Source of the DNA: a virus
Reading direction: 5' to 3' (one strand)
IMG/VR virus record: IMGVR_UViG_3300042905_003904
Coordinates: 32,001-96,000 of that record
DNA length: 64,000 nucleotides
The position numbers were made by a program, and so were the translations under genes. This document shows positions 20,368 through 29,078 of the stretch, in pieces. Position 1 is the first letter of the stretch, and every line of letters starts with the position of its first letter. The notes below the pieces were generated by a model. That model was not told the DNA's origin, ran no database searches, and saw nothing but the letters and a program-made list of their open reading frames with translations.

Positions 20368-20865
20368 ATGTTTAAATCTACAAAAATATTAGAGTTGGGT
20401 AGCTGCTGCTTCAGACAAGAAGCAGCCAAAGAGGGCAGAAACGCGGGAACTCGTTCTCATCGATGCAGTTATACGCATGGATATTTATTGAGGGGGAAAT
20501 TTGAATTCTCAACCAATGAATTGGATCATCGTAATTGGTGTGTTGATTATGGTGGGTTAAGTGGATTAAAGGAAATTCTTAAAAACCAATTCGACCACAC
20601 GCTTCTTTGTGCGAAGAATGACTCCTTACTTCCATTATACCAAGAACTACATGATAAGGGTGGTTGTGATCTTCGTATTATGGATGGGGTTGGCATTGAA
20701 AAGACCGCTGAATGGTGTTATCACGCTGCGCAAGCCTTTATAGACCAAGAAACTAATGGTCGATGCTGGGTTTCTAAGGTAGAAGTTTGGGAACATGAAT
20801 TAAATTCAGCTATCTATATTCCTCCCTTTGGAGATCCCTTTAAATATTTTCCCACACATGAATGA
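20368..20865 (+). CDS. queD: 6-carboxy-5,6,7,8-tetrahydropterin synthase QueD
   Basis: CSYTHGY, WCVDYGGL, FDHTLL, GIE, VEVWEHE.NSA. Confidence 0.88.
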   Translation: MFKSTKILELGSCCFRQEAAKEGRNAGTRSHRCSYTHGYLLRGKFEFSTNELDHRNWCVDYGGLSGLKEILKNQFDHTLLCAKNDSLLPLYQELHDKGGCDLRIMDGVGIEKTAEWCYHAAQAFIDQETNGRCWVSKVEVWEHELNSAIYIPPFGDPFKYFPTHE

Positions 20866-21103
20866 CCCTAAAATTGTTTGGTTGGCTGGAGAATACAAAG
20901 AGGAACAACAACCATGGGAAATAATCGGTATTTTTGAAACAGAATACCAAGCCAATGAAGCTTGTAAGACTTTAACTCAATTTATTGGTCCTATTGAAAT
21001 GAATAAACCAGAATACAATCAAGTAAAGTGGGAAGGTTCTTATTTCCCCAGACACGATTCGGTAAGATGGGATGGAGGCTATAATCCAATTTCTACTAAA
21101 TGA
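20858..21103 (+). CDS. Hypothetical protein (probable start 20858)
   Basis: WEIIGIFETE..A..AC..FIGP motif; overlaps the queD stop. Confidence 0.55.
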   Translation: MNDPKIVWLAGEYKEEQQPWEIIGIFETEYQANEACKTLTQFIGPIEMNKPEYNQVKWEGSYFPRHDSVRWDGGYNPISTK

Positions 21104-21324
21104 CTACCAAACGTCTTAAACTTCATTTAGAACAGTTACTTTTTGAGTATTTTACCAATCAGAAAGGTAAAGATGCACCTTATGGTATGGATTTGCGTTA
21201 CGGCAAAAGTGGAAAGTTAGTAACCAGAGATATTCCCGGAATTGTGGGCTTTGATGGCTTAATAGAATTTTGGCATCCGTCCGGAAAGAAACAAGTATCT
21301 CTCAAATTTAAACAAAGAAAATAA
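21100..21324 (+). CDS. Hypothetical protein
   Basis: ATGA coupling, 74 aa. Confidence 0.5.
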   Translation: MTTKRLKLHLEQLLFEYFTNQKGKDAPYGMDLRYGKSGKLVTRDIPGIVGFDGLIEFWHPSGKKQVSLKFKQRK

Positions 21325-21325
21325 T

Positions 21326-21631
21326 ATGGCATGGTTTAGCTTCGGTAAATTACCCAAAACCGCAATTAAAGAGGAAGAACCTACAGAGATTCCACCAGAA
21401 TACTATAGTTCCATAATGTTTAAATGTCGTAATTGTCAAAAGGAATTTTCGGGCGCAAAGATCCTCAAAGGAGCTATGGAATATGTAGCAGAAAATCTTG
21501 TTTCCCATGGGAAACACCCTATATACACCACTGATCCCCATGCATTTATTATCTACGACAAATGCAAACACCAATGTTCTGAAGATTGTTGGAGTATTGG
21601 GGACTTTATTAGAATCATAACGAACTCTTGA
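21326..21631 (+). CDS. Hypothetical protein with Zn-finger-like Cys motifs
   Basis: FKCRNC ... KHQC. Confidence 0.55.
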   Translation: MAWFSFGKLPKTAIKEEEPTEIPPEYYSSIMFKCRNCQKEFSGAKILKGAMEYVAENLVSHGKHPIYTTDPHAFIIYDKCKHQCSEDCWSIGDFIRIITNS

Positions 21632-21656
21632 TTCCTAAGAATTTTTAAGTTAAAAT
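21628..21656 (+). promoter_or_regulatory. sigma70-like promoter, leaderless
   Basis: TTGATT-17nt-TAAAAT, 5 nt before ATG 21662. Confidence 0.6.
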
Positions 21657-21661
21657 AAGTC

Positions 21662-22108
21662 ATGCGTCAATGGCTGTGCGATCCTAAAATTCTTTGTAGA
21701 AAACATCTCCTCGGAGAACATGTGGAAATACATATGTTCGTCGGACATATCAATAAAGGCAAGAAGGTTACCAAATTTCTCTCCAATAACCTTTTAGAGG
21801 TAGAAAGTTTGGAGTCCCGACATGAGGAATTGGTGGAAGAAATGGAATCTCGAGGGTATAAACACAACAGTCCCTTTCAAGGCTTGCTTCCTCACAATAT
21901 TCCAGATACCAAAATTGATAAAGTGGCTGCTCTAACTGAATTAGTAAATAGGTGTCCAGAATGTCAAAGAAATTGGCATAAACGAAATGTGGATTTGACT
22001 AATAATCATAGTATGTTTATGAAGATAGCCAATACATTGCCTCGAATGGATTGGAATATGTGGGAAGAAGTCGCCAAAAATTCTGGAAAGCAATTGATTA
22101 ATGGCTGA
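21662..22108 (+). CDS. Pyrimidine-dimer DNA glycosylase / endonuclease V-like protein
   Basis: MRQW.CDP..LCRKHLLGEH.EIHM..RHEELV.EM..RGYKH.SP. Confidence 0.75.
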   Translation: MRQWLCDPKILCRKHLLGEHVEIHMFVGHINKGKKVTKFLSNNLLEVESLESRHEELVEEMESRGYKHNSPFQGLLPHNIPDTKIDKVAALTELVNRCPECQRNWHKRNVDLTNNHSMFMKIANTLPRMDWNMWEEVAKNSGKQLING

Positions 22109-23498
22109 AGATACCTTACCACTCAATTTTGAGGAGTTTGAACGCATTATGATCTATAATGCTCTAACAGATTCCTCGTATTTGGATGCTGCTATCGAGT
22201 ATATCGTCCCTTCTTACTTCCAATGCAAGGACACGCGAACTGTATTCTCAATTCTCGCGCATTTTTATGGTGTTCATAAGAAAGTTCCCAACTTAACGGA
22301 ACTAAAGGCCCATATTATTGAAGAAGAACACAAAAGTTCGCTTAAAGCAGTAGTGAAATCCTTCGAAGGGATTGATAAACACTATGACAAAGACCTTTTG
22401 TTGATCAACACGGAAAGGTTCTTGAAGGAGAAGGCTGTTTTAGCTACTTCTATTCGAACCCATGTGGCCATTCAGTCTGGAAGATATGAACCAGCCAAGA
22501 TTCTTCATGAATTTGAAGCAGCATGTGGTATTTCTTTGGTGAATAGTATTGGAATGGACTATTTGGAGAGCATAGACCAGCACTGTAAGGACCTACAAGA
22601 GGTATTTCAGGTCATCCCAACAGGATGGAAGTGGTTAGATGAACGAATTGGTGGGGGATTACAAGCTAAAGGCAGAGCTGTGTATGCTTTCTACGGAGTA
22701 ACTAATGTAGGCAAGTCAATTTTCTTGGGGAATTTAGCAGCCAATATCCTTAGTCAGGATAAATCCGTGCTGCTTGTTACATTGGAAATGTCTGAACAGA
22801 TGTATGCCAAGCGCATCAGTGCTCAACTTTCCAAGATCCCATTTGATAATCTCCCACAAGAGATAGAAGCCTTGAAGGGGTCTTTAGGAACCTATAAACT
22901 TAAACACCGAAAAGCCAAGCTAATTATCAAAGAATTCCCACCCAAAGGAATTAATCCTCTCCAACTCAAGGCATACATTGAGAGGATGAAGAGAAAGGGT
23001 ATTAAATTTGATGTAATTGTTCTGGACTATCTTAATCTATTAGCCCCCTTAACCCACGGAGTCAGTTCTTATGAGGCTATTAAGGAAATTGCAGAACAAT
23101 TAAGAGCATTAACATATTACTTTAGTTGCCCCTTGGTTACAGCCAGTCAGACGAATCGATCTGGATATGGTCAAGTAATGCCAGCATTAGAAACAACAAG
23201 CGAATCTATGGGTCTGGCTCATACGGTCGATTGTCAGATGCCTATTTGGACCGAAGAAGAAGACTTTGACTTGGGTGTTATTCATTTAGGTATCACTAAG
23301 AATCGATTTGGTCCACGAGAATGTTCTACTATTCTCCAAATTGACTACCCCACACTATCATTAACAGATCCAGATGAAGTTTCTAAAGCATATTCTCCTC
23401 CGGTGCCCAATATTCCTGGAAGTTTGAAGAATAAGAAGCCTACTGATACTTCATTGAATAATACCCTTGATTTAATAGAAAAATTAGGAGAAAATTAA
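22101..23498 (+). CDS. gp41: DnaB-like replicative helicase (T4 gp41-like)
   Basis: IPTGW..LD...GG, GVTNVGKS, TLEMSE, IIKEFP, VLDYLNL, TASQTNRSG, KNRFG. Confidence 0.95.
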   Translation: MAEDTLPLNFEEFERIMIYNALTDSSYLDAAIEYIVPSYFQCKDTRTVFSILAHFYGVHKKVPNLTELKAHIIEEEHKSSLKAVVKSFEGIDKHYDKDLLLINTERFLKEKAVLATSIRTHVAIQSGRYEPAKILHEFEAACGISLVNSIGMDYLESIDQHCKDLQEVFQVIPTGWKWLDERIGGGLQAKGRAVYAFYGVTNVGKSIFLGNLAANILSQDKSVLLVTLEMSEQMYAKRISAQLSKIPFDNLPQEIEALKGSLGTYKLKHRKAKLIIKEFPPKGINPLQLKAYIERMKRKGIKFDVIVLDYLNLLAPLTHGVSSYEAIKEIAEQLRALTYYFSCPLVTASQTNRSGYGQVMPALETTSESMGLAHTVDCQMPIWTEEEDFDLGVIHLGITKNRFGPRECSTILQIDYPTLSLTDPDEVSKAYSPPVPNIPGSLKNKKPTDTSLNNTLDLIEKLGEN

Positions 23499-23501
23499 TT
23501 T

Positions 23502-23840
23502 ATGAATGATATTTGTGTTTATTGCGGAAAGGGAACAACTTATATCCGAAGGACTCCTTGGACTGGATTAGAGTCTTCAACTATAAAAATTCGTTCCTGG
23601 AATCATGGATTAGATGGTCCTGAAATCGTTAGATGCCATACCTGCGGACCACGACCCATTAAATATAGATTGTTTGCTGAATGGAGATATATTAAACGAG
23701 TTTGTAGGGCTATATATCGAGAAATTTTATTTAGATTTTTTCCCAAAGAACGTTGGTGGAATGCCTTCTATAGACCGGCAGCATCCCAAATTCAATGGGA
23801 AAAATATTTTGCGCATAAAAGACCACAACCCAATGAATAA
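23502..23840 (+). CDS. Hypothetical protein with CxxC pairs
   Basis: CVYCG ... CHTCG. Confidence 0.5.
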   Translation: MNDICVYCGKGTTYIRRTPWTGLESSTIKIRSWNHGLDGPEIVRCHTCGPRPIKYRLFAEWRYIKRVCRAIYREILFRFFPKERWWNAFYRPAASQIQWEKYFAHKRPQPNE

Positions 23841-24128
23841 GACCTACCTTGTTTTCACTCACTACGATTTAGAGGAGAAGATTAATTTATGAACCGAAAA
23901 TCAAAAGGGGTATTTAAATATCCAACACTCCAACAAGAGCCCTCATCCGAATTAATCCAAAAATATATGCAAGATAATCCTGGGTTAGGATTTTATGCCT
24001 CTCGTGAAAGATTGCGAGAACAGGCTTACGGCGGAAAGGCTCCCAACGGATTCCAAAGTTGGGGTGATTATTGGAAGACTTACTAAAATGACTAAAACTT
24101 ACCTTGTTTTCACTCACTACGATTTAGA
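23833..24128 (+). repeat. 41-bp direct repeat (23833-23873 and 24088-24128) duplicating the DHH gene 5' end
   Basis: atgaataagacctaccttgttttcactcactacgatttaga vs atgactaaaacttaccttgttttcactcactacgatttaga; 38/41 identical, 29-bp perfect core. Confidence 0.9.
23889..24086 (+). CDS. Small hypothetical protein lying between the repeats
   Basis: 65 aa ORF bracketed by the 41-bp repeat. Confidence 0.6.
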   Translation: MNRKSKGVFKYPTLQQEPSSELIQKYMQDNPGLGFYASRERLREQAYGGKAPNGFQSWGDYWKTY

Positions 24129-24984
24129 CGGGGTGGTTAGTCTCCTAGCCTTTCAATGGGCCCGGCCTGGTTGTAAGATCATTTCTTATCCGATGTCTAA
24201 TTTAGATGTGGGCAATGGTAAAATTAAGAAAATTTATGACACAGAAGGCGGTTCGAATTTTTCGGTAGTTTTATTAGATTTGGCTTTGCGCGAAGAATTC
24301 CTAGATATGGATCTTCCTAATGTAACCATTATTGATCATCATGCTTCTTCGGCTGATGTTATTCCTAAATTCAAAAAAGCTAAGATCCTCTGGAAGGATA
24401 CCACCTCTTGTGCTAAGTGGATCTATGAAAATTTCTTAAAGGATAAGAATCTCAGCAAAGAACAGAAGGCTTTAATTGCCTTGGCTGATGATTTTGATTG
24501 TTATGCTCTGAAGGATCCTCGTTCCTACCAACTCAACATGGTATTTTGGGAATGTTACCGCAATAAGTGGGAAACTTTTGTTCGGGATTATAGAGATGGA
24601 TTTGTTTCTTTTAGTTTGATGCAGATTAAGCAAATTGAATCTGTTTTAAGGATTGCTGATATCCAAGCAGAGAATACTAAAGCCTATATTGGGAACGTTA
24701 TTATAGAAGGAAAAGAACAATGTGTAGCAGCCTTTCAGTTGGAGCGAAATACTTCCCAACTAATGGATGCCTTACAGCGAATGTATCCAGAACAACAAGC
24801 TTATTTCTTTATCAACACCAAAACTGGACGAATTAGTTTGAGGAGTAATATGAAACACCCAGATAAAGTAGATGTTAAAACATTTGCAGAGAAGTATTGT
24901 GAAGGTGCTGGACATGTTTATGCTTCTGGTGGCAAAATTACCGAGAAATTTTTGGAAATTACTAAGAATTTGCACCAGGTTTAG
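24088..24984 (+). CDS. DHH/DHHA1 phosphoesterase (RecJ/NrnA-like); probable start 24088
   Basis: THYDLDG, LLDL, IIDHH, ISLRS, GAGHVYASGG. Confidence 0.88.
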   Translation: MTKTYLVFTHYDLDGVVSLLAFQWARPGCKIISYPMSNLDVGNGKIKKIYDTEGGSNFSVVLLDLALREEFLDMDLPNVTIIDHHASSADVIPKFKKAKILWKDTTSCAKWIYENFLKDKNLSKEQKALIALADDFDCYALKDPRSYQLNMVFWECYRNKWETFVRDYRDGFVSFSLMQIKQIESVLRIADIQAENTKAYIGNVIIEGKEQCVAAFQLERNTSQLMDALQRMYPEQQAYFFINTKTGRISLRSNMKHPDKVDVKTFAEKYCEGAGHVYASGGKITEKFLEITKNLHQV

Positions 24985-25041
24985 GATAAGTATTAGACCA
25001 TTAAATGGTGCCTTAGTTCTTTGTTAGGATAATTATGGGTA

Positions 25042-25386
25042 ATGATTATCACCAGCGCACAGCAGATTGAAGATTTCACCAATCCAGGGAACGCCTTTGA
25101 TACCACAGAATTTGAAGACATTGCTTTAAAGTTTGGATCCTTTGTTTGTATTGCTAGAGGAAAGAAACTGAATTTCCTCAATTTTCTGAAGTTGTTCTTA
25201 GAAGATCAGAAAACTCAAAAAATCTTCATGGAGCTACTTGAAGATACTAATCTTCATGCTATTATTAAAGCATACATTAACTGTGCGCCGAATCTTTACA
25301 AACGACTCTTCCGCTCAAAATTAAACCGAAAAAACCGCAACCTAAAAACGAATAAACCGCTTCTTGAACCCGCTAACCCCAACTGA
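25042..25386 (+). CDS. Hypothetical protein (position of T4 gp33)
   Basis: 114 aa; synteny only, no motif recognised. Confidence 0.5.
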   Translation: MIITSAQQIEDFTNPGNAFDTTEFEDIALKFGSFVCIARGKKLNFLNFLKLFLEDQKTQKIFMELLEDTNLHAIIKAYINCAPNLYKRLFRSKLNRKNRNLKTNKPLLEPANPN

Positions 25387-26023
25387 ACAAAACCTTTACA
25401 ATACCTATCTCAAACACTCGAGGAAAGGGCAAGCATGGACGCCTCGAAAGAACTTTGAAGATCTGTCCGCTACTATTGTTAGCCCCTTAAAGAAACTAAG
25501 TCTGTTTCTTTCTAAGTATCCCCAAATCAACTGGGAAGAATATTTTGCAGCCCCTAATGTTTTACATCCAGAGGATCGTTATCCAACATTAGACACGTTT
25601 GCTTCCAGGGTCGGCATTCGAAACTATCAGCTTTACAAGAAGCACCAAGAAAACCAATCTCCAGAAAGTCATTTGGATGAAATTAAGAAGGGATTGAAGT
25701 TTATTGGGATGTTTTGTATCAAGAACAAAATTCCAGTGGAGAAATATCTCCAGCACAAGAACGGCCTGATGCCAAGTTGGACGATGCATTATCGGGAGCA
25801 CAATATCAGCCCCTATTGTCTCTTTGAATTGGGAGCCAATGATTTTTACAATTTAACCGAAGAAGAACAGGCCTATTGGGCGCCTGATTTGATTAACACT
25901 TTAGACATACTGAAAACTAGATATCATCAGTCCTCAAAAATAAAAGGTCTGGTGCAAGAAATAACTCATAAGATTAAGAATTTTGTAAGTTCCGAGTTGA
26001 GTAAGTCTAATTCCCAAACATAA
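25364..26023 (+). CDS. Hypothetical protein, possible helicase loader (position of T4 gp59)
   Basis: Directly upstream of gp32; size similar to gp59; no motif confirmed. Confidence 0.5.
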   Translation: MNPLTPTEQNLYNTYLKHSRKGQAWTPRKNFEDLSATIVSPLKKLSLFLSKYPQINWEEYFAAPNVLHPEDRYPTLDTFASRVGIRNYQLYKKHQENQSPESHLDEIKKGLKFIGMFCIKNKIPVEKYLQHKNGLMPSWTMHYREHNISPYCLFELGANDFYNLTEEEQAYWAPDLINTLDILKTRYHQSSKIKGLVQEITHKIKNFVSSELSKSNSQT

Positions 26024-26053
26024 TAAACAACACAACCAATAAACACAACAACC
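26022..26053 (+). repeat. Tandem A/C-rich 16-mer in a G-free leader of gp32
   Basis: aataaacaacacaacc / aataaacacaacaacc immediately before ATG 26054; no G from 26006 to 26055. Confidence 0.7.
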
Positions 26054-26884
26054 ATGAAATACACCGCCTCACTATTCGACTCCATCAAAGGATCCTTAGC
26101 CAAGAAAGAACAAGAATCTGGATTTTCCGATTTCCTCAAGATGGAAATGGGTAAGACCTATGTCGTTCGCCTTCTGCCAAACCTAGAAGCCCCCGAACGC
26201 ACATTCTTCCACTATTATCATCACCTCTGGGACTCTGTCCTTGACGGTAAGAAAACCTCTTGTCTGTGTCCTACTACCTATGGAGAGAAGTGCCCCATTG
26301 ATGAATATCGTTCCAAGGTCTATAAGAAGAACAATGAAGCCGACATTAAGGCCATGCAGCCTATTCGTCGTAACGAAAACTGGTTGGTTAATGTTTTCGT
26401 GGTAACAGACCCAAGCAACCCAGAGAATGAAGGTCAGGTTAAGATTCTTCGTTATGGCAAACAGCTCGATAAGATTATTGATGCTGCAATGAACGGAGAA
26501 GACGCAGAAGAACTCGGTTCTAAGATCTTTGATGCTTCCGAAAACGGTTTGAATCTTCGTATTAAGTGTGAAAAGAACGAAGGAGGATTTCCAACCTATG
26601 TTTCCTCCAAGTTTATCACCAAGGCTAGCGCCTTGCCTGGTGTAGATAATGTGGAAGAGCTTTATGGCAATATCAAAGCCCTCGACACCATCTTCACCAA
26701 GAAGTCTTACGAAGAGATTAAGGAACAGTTTAACACTCATTATCTGGGTGTCGATTCTAAGAAGGCTGCCCCAATAGAAGTAAATGAGGACGACGAAGAT
26801 CCTGAACTGAAGGAAGCCGCAAAGCCTGACAAGGAAGAAGAAAATCCGGATGCAGCCCTTGATAAGCTGATTGCTGATCTCTAA
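26054..26884 (+). CDS. gp32: Single-stranded DNA-binding protein (T4 gp32-like)
   Basis: VRLLP, H...C.CPTTYGEKCPI, NVFVV.DP.NPENEG.VKI.RYG, Y.SSKF, acidic C-tail ending DKLIADL. Confidence 0.92.
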   Translation: MKYTASLFDSIKGSLAKKEQESGFSDFLKMEMGKTYVVRLLPNLEAPERTFFHYYHHLWDSVLDGKKTSCLCPTTYGEKCPIDEYRSKVYKKNNEADIKAMQPIRRNENWLVNVFVVTDPSNPENEGQVKILRYGKQLDKIIDAAMNGEDAEELGSKIFDASENGLNLRIKCEKNEGGFPTYVSSKFITKASALPGVDNVEELYGNIKALDTIFTKKSYEEIKEQFNTHYLGVDSKKAAPIEVNEDDEDPELKEAAKPDKEEENPDAALDKLIADL

Positions 26885-26894
26885 AATGAATAAA

Positions 26895-26967
26895 GTTCCA
26901 ACACCCCCAACTCAACCAGACTTCTCCAAAATTAGTTGGGAAAGTGGAATGATGTGGGTGTTGGAAC
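26895..26967 (+). other. Nested stem-loop downstream of gp32
   Basis: gttccaacaccc (26895-26906) / gggtgttggaac (26956-26967) perfect 12-bp inverted repeat with inner ccaact/agttgg; overlaps a possible 49-aa ORF starting at 26886. Confidence 0.45.
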
Positions 26968-27035
26968 AACTTTTCAAAAATTGCAATAAAGAAGAATTGA
27001 AGAAACTACTAAACAAACGAAACAAATTAAACTAA

Positions 27036-27063
27036 TTGATTTCCAAGAAAACTAAAATAAAAT
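27036..27063 (+). promoter_or_regulatory. sigma70-like promoter, leaderless
   Basis: TTGATT-16nt-TAAAAT, 6 nt before ATG 27070. Confidence 0.55.
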
Positions 27064-27069
27064 AAACAT

Positions 27070-27912
27070 ATGCCACGAATCAAAACAAACGACGATATCC
27101 CAGATGTTCAAAACGACACCGAGGGATTTGTGAAGAAGTATATTCCCAAGGTAGGAAGCCGAAACATTCGAGTTCCCTTGGAGATCGTAAGACGAGACGG
27201 GAGTGTGAACCCAACTTGTGGGGTGCTTAGCATCTACACAGATCTGGAAGCTGATAAAAAGGGAACTAACATGAGTCGATATCGCATCCTAGTGGAGGAA
27301 GCGGTAGCCAATAAGACTCATCGTATCGATGAATTGGTAGATTATCTCTTAGATGAATGCAAGAACCGTATTGGCTCACAAAACGCATACATCAAAGTGA
27401 ACTTCGAATACTTCCTCATCAAAGAAGCCCCGGTATCAAAGATCAAATCGCATATGAGCTATAAGGGTTCGTTTGCTGGAAAATTGGTGGATGGGGTTAA
27501 GCGGTTTTATTTAAGTGCTAATGTGCTATATGCGAGCTGCTGCGTGTGTTCAAAAAATATATCAGATTATGGCGCACACAATCAACAATCCTTTGCTGAT
27601 GTAACAGTTGAACTAGACCAAATCAAAGATCGTAATAATCTTTACTGGTTTGAAGAACTAGTAGAAGCTGTTGAGAAGAGTGTCTCTGCTCCAATGTGGA
27701 ATGCCCTAAAGCGAGTTGACGAGGCTTATGTTACGGAACTGATGTATGAACAAGCTTTGTTTATCGAAGATTGTGTGAGAAACATATCAACAGTATTAGA
27801 CGGAGAATTGGACAAGCGTATCAAGGACTATCTCGTTGTGTGTGAACATTTCGAGTCAATCCACCAAAGTCAAGTTTGCTCAGTAATTCATGCAAATCGA
27901 GAATTAAAGTAA
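27070..27912 (+). CDS. folE2: GTP cyclohydrolase I type B (FolE2)
   Basis: IPDVQN, I.KVG, KGTNMSR, CVCSK.IS.YGAHNQ, LKRVDE, FIEDCVR, ESIH. Confidence 0.92.
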   Translation: MPRIKTNDDIPDVQNDTEGFVKKYIPKVGSRNIRVPLEIVRRDGSVNPTCGVLSIYTDLEADKKGTNMSRYRILVEEAVANKTHRIDELVDYLLDECKNRIGSQNAYIKVNFEYFLIKEAPVSKIKSHMSYKGSFAGKLVDGVKRFYLSANVLYASCCVCSKNISDYGAHNQQSFADVTVELDQIKDRNNLYWFEELVEAVEKSVSAPMWNALKRVDEAYVTELMYEQALFIEDCVRNISTVLDGELDKRIKDYLVVCEHFESIHQSQVCSVIHANRELK

Positions 27913-27935
27913 TTAGGATTCTTAGATAAATCATC

Positions 27936-27972
27936 AAAATGGTTAGAAGAGCAGCTCTTCTAACCATTTTTT
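27936..27972 (+). terminator. Intrinsic terminator, possibly bidirectional
   Basis: aaaatggttagaagag-cag-ctcttctaaccatttt, 16-bp perfect stem followed by T-run. Confidence 0.85.
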
Positions 27973-27995
27973 GTTGTAATGGACATACTGTAGCA

Positions 27996-28001
27996 TAAAT
28001 A
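27996..28001 (+). promoter_or_regulatory. T4-like late promoter core TAAATA
   Basis: 5 nt upstream of ATG 28007. Confidence 0.55.
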
Positions 28002-28006
28002 TTATT

Positions 28007-29041
28007 ATGAATATAACTAAACATTTTGTGCCGACAAACCCACGGCCACCCACACACAATATTAAAGTGGTAGGACTTTTACCCTTTGATGCAAATGAAG
28101 AAGATACATTGAATATTAGTATGCCATTTCCAAAATGGAATGAATTGTCATGGCCCCAAAAATGGATACTTCGGAAAGGTGGTAAATTAGATTTACCCAA
28201 ACCAATACAGGGTGTAAAATCCCTTAAAGATACATCAATTAATGAATTGTTGATAATTCCAAAAATAAAACCAAATAATCCAGAATATACTTTAGATTTT
28301 TCCAAATATCGAACTTGTTTAGGATTTAAAAAGAAAACCAAAAATTGTTTATTGCCGGAAACTATTAATATGGATGGGGATTTTGCAGAATTGTGTGGAT
28401 TCATTATAGCAGAAGGAGGAACCTCCTGTAAACGAGATGGACGGGATAATTTGTTTCAATTGACATTTAATAAAAAAGAAACCGAATATATTGAATATGC
28501 TGCTAAAAATTTAGAAAAATACTTCAATATTAACCCCACAATTAGAAACAATAGTCATCAAAATTCTACAAATGTTTATGTTTCTTGTGAGGGATTGTCT
28601 CGGTGGTATATAGAAAATTTTAGACAGGTTGAAAATAAAAAGCCAGCCCAAACTAAAATTCCGAATTTTGTTTATCAATGGGATAATGAAATGATATGCA
28701 GGTTCATTATTGGATGGTATAAGGGCGACGGCAGCCACTCAAATTATCGAAAGATCCAACGCATTATTACAGTATCCAAAAAATCAGCCCAAGGATTACA
28801 ATATCTTGGGCTGATGATTGGATGTTTTATATCATTAACAACTTGTTTAGCAAAAAATAGCACAAGTATAACACACAAAGGATCAAAGGCGATGGTTCAA
28901 GACCAATATACATGTATATTAAATGGTGAAACGTTGTATAAACTAGGAATATTACAAGATGCTCCAAAGGTTAAAAATGGTAAATGGTATCAAGATGATG
29001 TTAATTTCTACCTCCCAATTACTTCTATTAATCCGATTTAA
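28007..29041 (+). mobile_element. Free-standing two-motif LAGLIDADG endonuclease with degenerate Hint (intein) remnants
   Basis: FAELCGFIIAEGG and RFIIGWYKGDGS motifs, block-H-like ITVSKKSAQGLQYL; no N-terminal Cys/Ser block A and no C-terminal HN. Confidence 0.85.
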
Positions 29042-29043
29042 TC

Positions 29044-29072
29044 TAGCATTTCCACTGAAAAATCTTTAGAAT
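29044..29072 (+). promoter_or_regulatory. sigma70-like promoter, leaderless
   Basis: TAGCAT-17nt-TAGAAT, 6 nt before ATG 29079. Confidence 0.55.
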
Positions 29073-29078
29073 AAGGGT

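Noticed and set aside
23614-23892. 92-aa ORF in the track
   Set aside because: Out-of-frame overlap of 23502-23840; only its last 19 codons (the duplicated DHH start) are meaningful
26183-26740. Long antisense ORFs (also 2916-3512, 18476-18916, 27943-28404, 55510-55956)
   Set aside because: They shadow well-supported genes on the other strand and show no motifs or start signals
26895-27069. preQ1 riboswitch upstream of folE2
   Set aside because: Does not match the preQ1-I pattern as I recall it, and the folE2 promoter lies downstream of the hairpin, so the hairpin would not be in that transcript
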